A stretch of 57,639 nt of DNA. Origin: Octopus sinensis (taxonomy: Eukaryota). The translations under genes were made by a program, and so were the position numbers. The stretch spans positions 1 through 57,639 of the forward strand of contig NW_021834282.1 of the NCBI RefSeq assembly GCF_006345805.1, read 5' to 3'. Below, piece by piece: positions 51,981 to 57,639 of this stretch. A model generated the notes under the pieces. That model did not search any database. It saw only the letters and a list, made by a program, of their open reading frames with translations, and was not told where the DNA came from. Each line of letters starts with the position of its first letter. Positions within the stretch are counted from its first letter, which is position 1.

Positions 51981-52190
51981 TACTCTTTTACTCTTTTACT
52001 TGTTTCAGTCATTTCACTCCAGCCATGCTGAAGCACCGCCTTTAGTCGAGCAAATCGACCCCAGGACTTATTCTTTGTAAGCCTAGTACTTATTCTATCG
52101 GTCCCTTTTGCTGAACCGCTAAGTCACGGGGACGTAAACACACCAGCATCGGTTGTCAAGCGATGTTGGGGGGACAAACACAGACACACA

Positions 52191-52254
<64 letters not shown>

Positions 52255-52417
52255 CGACGGGCTTCTTTCAGTTTCCGTCTACCAAATCCACTCACAACGC
52301 TTTGGTTGTCTCGAGGATATAGTAGAAGACACTTGCCCAAGGTGCCACACAGCGGGACTGATACCGGAACCATATGGTCAGTAAGCAAGATACTTACCAC
52401 ATAGCCACTCCTGCGCC
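51981..52417 (-). mobile_element. SINE family A
   Basis: Full-length match. Confidence 0.95.
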
Positions 52418-52746
52418 TATCTGCGGTATCTGTAGATTTTGATGCCAGAGTATGAGGGAAACCGGTATTTTACCATTTTTGTGGCTTATCATCATCACGC
52501 ACCAGAATCGAAACGGGAGCAAACTGTATTGCCAGGCTATGAGTATGTGCGGTGGATAATGTCTACGACACTAGAGCTGTTTTTAATGCATCGACTCCGA
52601 AAGGATGAAAGGCAACGGTGACCTCGGCGGAATTTGGACTCAAAGACATTAACCATTTTGCCCGGCGTCCTAACGATTCTGCTAGCTCTTTTCTACTCTA
52701 GGCACAAGGCCTGAAATTGGTAACAATAATAATAATGATAATAATA

Positions 52747-52800
<54 letters not shown>

Positions 52801-53095
52801 TGGTCTTTACACTATTTCTACATAGTCAAAGACAGGCGATTCAGTTCGTCTCGAGTTCAAATCATGTATATGATGTTGATAAGCTACAAAAATGGCGAAA
52901 TTTCGGTATCCCTTACCCCTGAATGTGATAACAAGTGAGTTATCTCATCTGTCTATGACTTTGACTTTCAGGTGTTTATAATACCAAGTGCTATGAGGGA
53001 ATCGCCCCCAGAGCGCTGTACCACAGCGAGCTGGCGAACAAGCAAAATATATATTGAGAATGTGAGGTCGACAATATATGTGTGAGTGCGCGCAC

Positions 53096-53154
<59 letters not shown>

Positions 53155-53485
53155 ATAGCTGAAGGATTAAAATTAATCAAAGGACATAGTAAGTATGTTT
53201 ACTTGCTGGAAATAACAGTCAAAATTCTTCTGTATTTCCAGCTTCTGACATTTCTTTGAATATTTTTTACAATCACAACAGTGTTATGGTGTCACACTAT
53301 GACGATGTCCGCCTGTGCAAGCACGTGTTTTACGATGGAGCAAAGACTTCTTCATCAGAGCTTAGAAACTGACTAATCAATATTAGAACAACGACAAAAT
53401 TGTTACACTCGATAATAACAGAGTTAATGACATCTTCGCGAATTAAGTTCTCGTGAATTATTTGCTCCGTTTATATACATTGACA

Positions 53486-53672
53486 GGCGCAGGTGTGGAT
53501 GTATGGTAAGTAGCTTGCTTACCAACCACAGTCCCATTGCGTGGAACCTTGGGCAAGAGTCTTCTACTATAGCGTCAGGCCGACCAAAGCCTTGTGAGAG
53601 GATTTGGTAGACAGAAACTGAAAGAAGCCCATCGTATATATGTTAATATATATGCGTGTATGTGTATGTGTG

Positions 53673-53726
<54 letters not shown>

Positions 53727-53880
53727 TGCGTTTGCCCCCCGCCATCGCTTAACAATAGGTACCGATAGGATAAGTACTAGGCTTACAAAGAATAAGTCCT
53801 GGGGTCGATTTGTTCGACTAAAGGCGGGTCTCCAGCATGGCCGCAGTCAAACGGCCGAACCGAAACAAACAAAAGAAAAA
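53486..53880 (+). mobile_element. SINE family A, diverged and deleted
   Basis: Head, CORE-like centre and tail segments recognisable. Confidence 0.85.
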
Positions 53881-53898
53881 GAAAGAATAAAAGAATAT

Positions 53899-53941
<43 letters not shown>

Positions 53942-54065
53942 CTATATATATATGTATGTGTGTAAGCCCTTTTCTATTCCTGAGCGCTATACTAATATAT
54001 CTGTTTGTTTGTACACCACCTGCCTTCGTCTTTTGATTATTTTCGTAAACTTTCCCTTTATATAT

Positions 54066-54112
<47 letters not shown>

Positions 54113-54759
54113 ACATATGTATATATCGTTCGAGTCGTTATTTATTAAATCTGGACGGTTAGCTTTGCTAGGCATGTTCCAGATAACAGAGTAGCCAAGA
54201 TATAGTACTGTACCGTGTTACGTACTTTGTACACATTTATACAAATTATTGTCCGTTTTCACATCGCAGTGTTGGCTTATTGCCCAGTGAACATAGCTGA
54301 CGTCTGAATCATGTCTATGAATACACTCAAGTTTGGCAAAGACTAGATAACTGGAGATGGTGCGGTCAACGATATTATTATGCGGATTGTGTTGTCTACA
54401 CATGATGCGAACATCTTTTCATTATTATATTTCTGTAGTTCTTTATGACAAAGGTCTAGTGTTACGCTGCTAAAATCAAACCTTCTGTTTCTACTTTTAG
54501 TCCAGAGCTCTCGAGCTATTGTCGGATTTCACTATGGTTTACTTCCGCTCTGTCGATTCTCGCAGGATATTGCTTACGGAGTGGTTTTTTTTTCCCTCTA
54601 TCTCCAGTTTTCTTTCGGCATACCTTGGAATTCCGTTTTGGCTTTCGGATTTTCATATTTCTTATTAATTTTTCTGTTGATTTGTCTTCATGTATATCTC
54701 TTTCTTCAATGTAGTTAGTTTCCAGTTAGTGCTTTTATATTTTCTTGCACATAAATTGT

Positions 54760-54844
54760 TTCTTCTTCTTCTTCTTCTTCTTCTTCTTCTTCTTCTTCTT
54801 CTTCTTCTTCTTCTTCTTCTTCTTCTTCTTCCACTCCTCCTCCT

Positions 54845-54889
<45 letters not shown>

Positions 54890-54890
54890 T
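54760..54890. repeat. (CTT)n(CCT)n(CTA)n compound microsatellite
   Basis: Direct reading. Confidence 0.95.
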
Positions 54891-54955
54891 CTATTATTTA
54901 ATTAATTTATACTACTAGAACAACAACAACAACGACCACAACTATTACTACTTCT

Positions 54956-56725
54956 AATCTTTTCTACTCTAGGCACAAGGCACGAAATTTGGAGGGAGGC
55001 GGGCAGTCGATCAGATCGACCCAGAAAGGAAGAAAGACAGAGTCAACCTTGGCGGAATTTGAACTCAGAATGTAAAGACAGACAAAATACTGCTAAGTAT
55101 TTCGCCCGGTGTGCTAACGCTTCTTATTTCTTTTTCTTTATTGCCCACCAGGGGCTAAACATAGAGGGGACAAACAAGGACATACAAAGGGATTAAGTCG
55201 ATTACATTGAACTCAGTGCCAACTTGTACGTATTTGATTGACCCCGAAGGGATGACAGGTACAGTCGACTTCGGCGGAATTTGAATTGAGAATGTATAAA
55301 TGGACGAAATGCCGCTGAGCATTTTGTCCGGCGTGTTAACGATTCTGCCAACTAACCCTAATAATGTTAGCAACAACTACAACAATAATAATAACAATAA
55401 TAATTAGTGGTCCCAAATTTTGATGCCAGGCCAGCAGGTTTTGAGGGGAGGGGGAAGTCGATTATGTCAACTCCAGTACTTGACCAATGTTTAGTTTATC
55501 GATCTTAAAACTATGAAAGACGAGGTCGACCTCGGTGGCATTCGAACGCAGAACGTAAAGACAGACGAAATGCCGCTTAGAATTTTATCCGGCATGCTAA
55601 CCTACCTCCCAGATCGACGCCAAACAGCAATAACATCAACCGTAATAATCCTTTCAACTAAAGGCACAAGGTCTGAAATTTTTGGGGAGGAGGCTAGTCG
55701 ATTATATCGATCCAAGTGTATAACGGGTACTTATTTCATCGACCATGAAAGGTATGAAAGGCAAAGTCGATCCCAGCGGAATTTGAACACAGAATATAAA
55801 GACGGACGAAATACCGCCAAGCATTATTCCCGGGGAGCCAACCATTCTGGCAGCTCACCGCCTTGAACAACAGCAGTAGCAGCAGCAGCAGCAGCAGCAG
55901 CATGCCGTTCTAGAATTTGGACCTGGAGATCTCCATTTCCAGCGAACTTCGAGGGCCACCTCCCAGTGGTGTCGGGCGTCAACGAAGAGCCCTCAACTAC
56001 AACAAGGCGACCGAAGTTTTTTTTTCCAGGGTCTGGGGTCTCCCGCCCCTAAGCCCTAGACCTTCACCCTTACCTGTCTTGTTGCTTAACAACAACAACT
56101 ACAACAGCAGCAGCAGCAACAATGCTTATCCTTTCTACTAAAGGAACAAGGTTCGAAGTTTTGGTGGAGGGGTAAGTCGCTGACATGGACCCCAGTACTC
56201 AACTGGTACTTAATTTATCGACCCCGAAAGGATGAAGGGCAAAGTCAACCTCGGCGGAATTTGAACTCAGAACGTAACGAACGAAATGCCGGTAAGCATT
56301 TTGCCTGGCGTACTAACGTTTCTGCTAGCTCGCCGCCTTAACAACAACAACAACAACAATGATACAGATTATCCTTTCTACTAAATGTACAAGGCCTGAA
56401 ATTTGGGGGGGGAGGGGTAAGTCGATTACATCGACCCCCAGCTCTCAACTGGTACTTAATTCATCGACCCCGAAAAGACGAAGGGCAAAGTCGACCTCGG
56501 TGGAATTTGAACTCAGAACTCAGAACAACATCGATAACAATAATAATAATGGTTTCACAATTAGGTACAAGGCCAGCAATTTCCGAGTATGTGCTCAACT
56601 GGTGCTTATTTTTTTATCGAATGTGAAAGGATGAAAGGGAAAGTCGAATCAGAAAGGATGAAAGGCAAAGTCGACTCATCCAGTCGTGCCTTTCATCCAG
56701 GCGTACAAACGATTCCAGCAGCTCA
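54956..56725 (-). mobile_element. Cluster of about 7 co-oriented SINE B copies separated mostly by (AAC/AAT/AGC)n
   Basis: Copies at ~54956-55122, 55125-55352, 55410-55620, 55645-55863, 56125-56339, 56365-56522 and 56555-56675. Confidence 0.88.
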
Positions 56726-56950
56726 CCCGTGGATTGACAGAATCATTAAAATGTCGAGAAAGTACTTTGCGTTATTTCTTTCGGCTGGTTACGTCCTAAA
56801 TCAAAGGAAGTCGAGGCTGATGAAATAAATTACTAGTTACGTACTGAATCCAACAGCGTTTCTTGAAAACTCGCCACACATTTCATGCCTTGTGCATATG
56901 CTAATATCAAATAATTTCAGTAGCCCTAATTCCATTGCTGCTTTGACTGT

Positions 56951-57329
56951 GGAGGCGCAATGGCCCAGTGGTTAGGGCAGCGGACTCGCGGTCATAGGAT
57001 CGCAGTTTCGATTCCCAGACTGGGCGTTGTGAGTGTTTATTGAGCGAAAACACCTAAAAGCTCCACGAGGCTCCGGCAGGGGATGGTGGTGATCCCTGCT
57101 GTACTCTTTCACAACAACTTTCTCTCACTCTTACTTCCTGTTTCTGTTGTACCTGTATTTCAAAGGGCCGGCCTTGTCACTCTCTGTGTCACGCTGAATA
57201 TCCCCGTGAACTGCGTTAAGGGTACACGTGTCTGTGGAGTGCTCAGCCACTTACACGTTAATTTCACGAGCAGGCTGTTCCGTTGATTCGGATCAACCGA
57301 AACCCTCGTCGTCGTAACCGACGGAGTGC
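56951..57329 (+). mobile_element. SINE family C, full length, with 21-bp TSD
   Basis: ttccattgctgctttgactgt at 56930-56950 and 57330-57350; A box tggcccagtggttag, B box gtttcgattccc. Confidence 0.95.
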
Positions 57330-57639
57330 TTCCATTGCTGCTTTGACTGTAACTACTGAACACAACTCTGTGTGACTTGTATATACAAAGGATTGGATCT
57401 TGGTTTTGCTGTTTCTGTTGCATTGAATGTACTCCAGGCAGTCGCTGTGCGCTGCCCATTAGTGATATTTTCGTGTGTTGTACATATTTGCATGTCATGG
57501 TGATTTTTACTATGTATTTGCATGGTTTTTACTATCCCCGTTGCAGTAATTAATATAATGCAGTTTATTTTTGGTTTCCACCCTCTCCTTCATACTGTCT
57601 CCATTTTCAGAAATGGAATGTGATTATTTGGTTAATTAT

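Noticed and set aside
56951-57025. tRNA-like heads as tRNA genes
   Set aside because: They run on into SINE bodies bounded by TSDs and do not form complete cloverleaves

Overview
Eukaryotic, AT-rich, repeat-saturated intergenic or intronic DNA. The SINE families and microsatellite density resemble an octopus (cephalopod) genome; this is an inference from recall, not a database match. No host protein-coding gene, rRNA, intact tRNA or CRISPR array can be supported. Almost all listed ORFs are translations of (CA)n, (TA)n, (CATA)n or trinucleotide microsatellites, or of SINEs. Recognisable content: (i) about 40 copies of tRNA-derived SINEs in several families that share heads, cores and tails (my working labels A-E), plus an orphan (TAA)n-flanked repeat G; (ii) decayed coding remnants of a Helitron RepHel, a CR1/L2-like LINE 3' end, two Penelope-like GIY-YIG elements, two hAT transposases and an R4/Dong-like RLE retrotransposon; (iii) non-autonomous DNA elements: a Helitron, a Merlin-like MITE carrying (CCCTAA)n, a TA-flanked MITE and a 300-bp foldback; (iv) a ~4.8-kb (CATA)n domain containing a tandem duplication. 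The most notable observation is a set of hammerhead-ribozyme-like motifs in Penelope/retrozyme-like tails. The best copy is at 32076-32128, and its non-canonical core recurs identically at 1797-1820.
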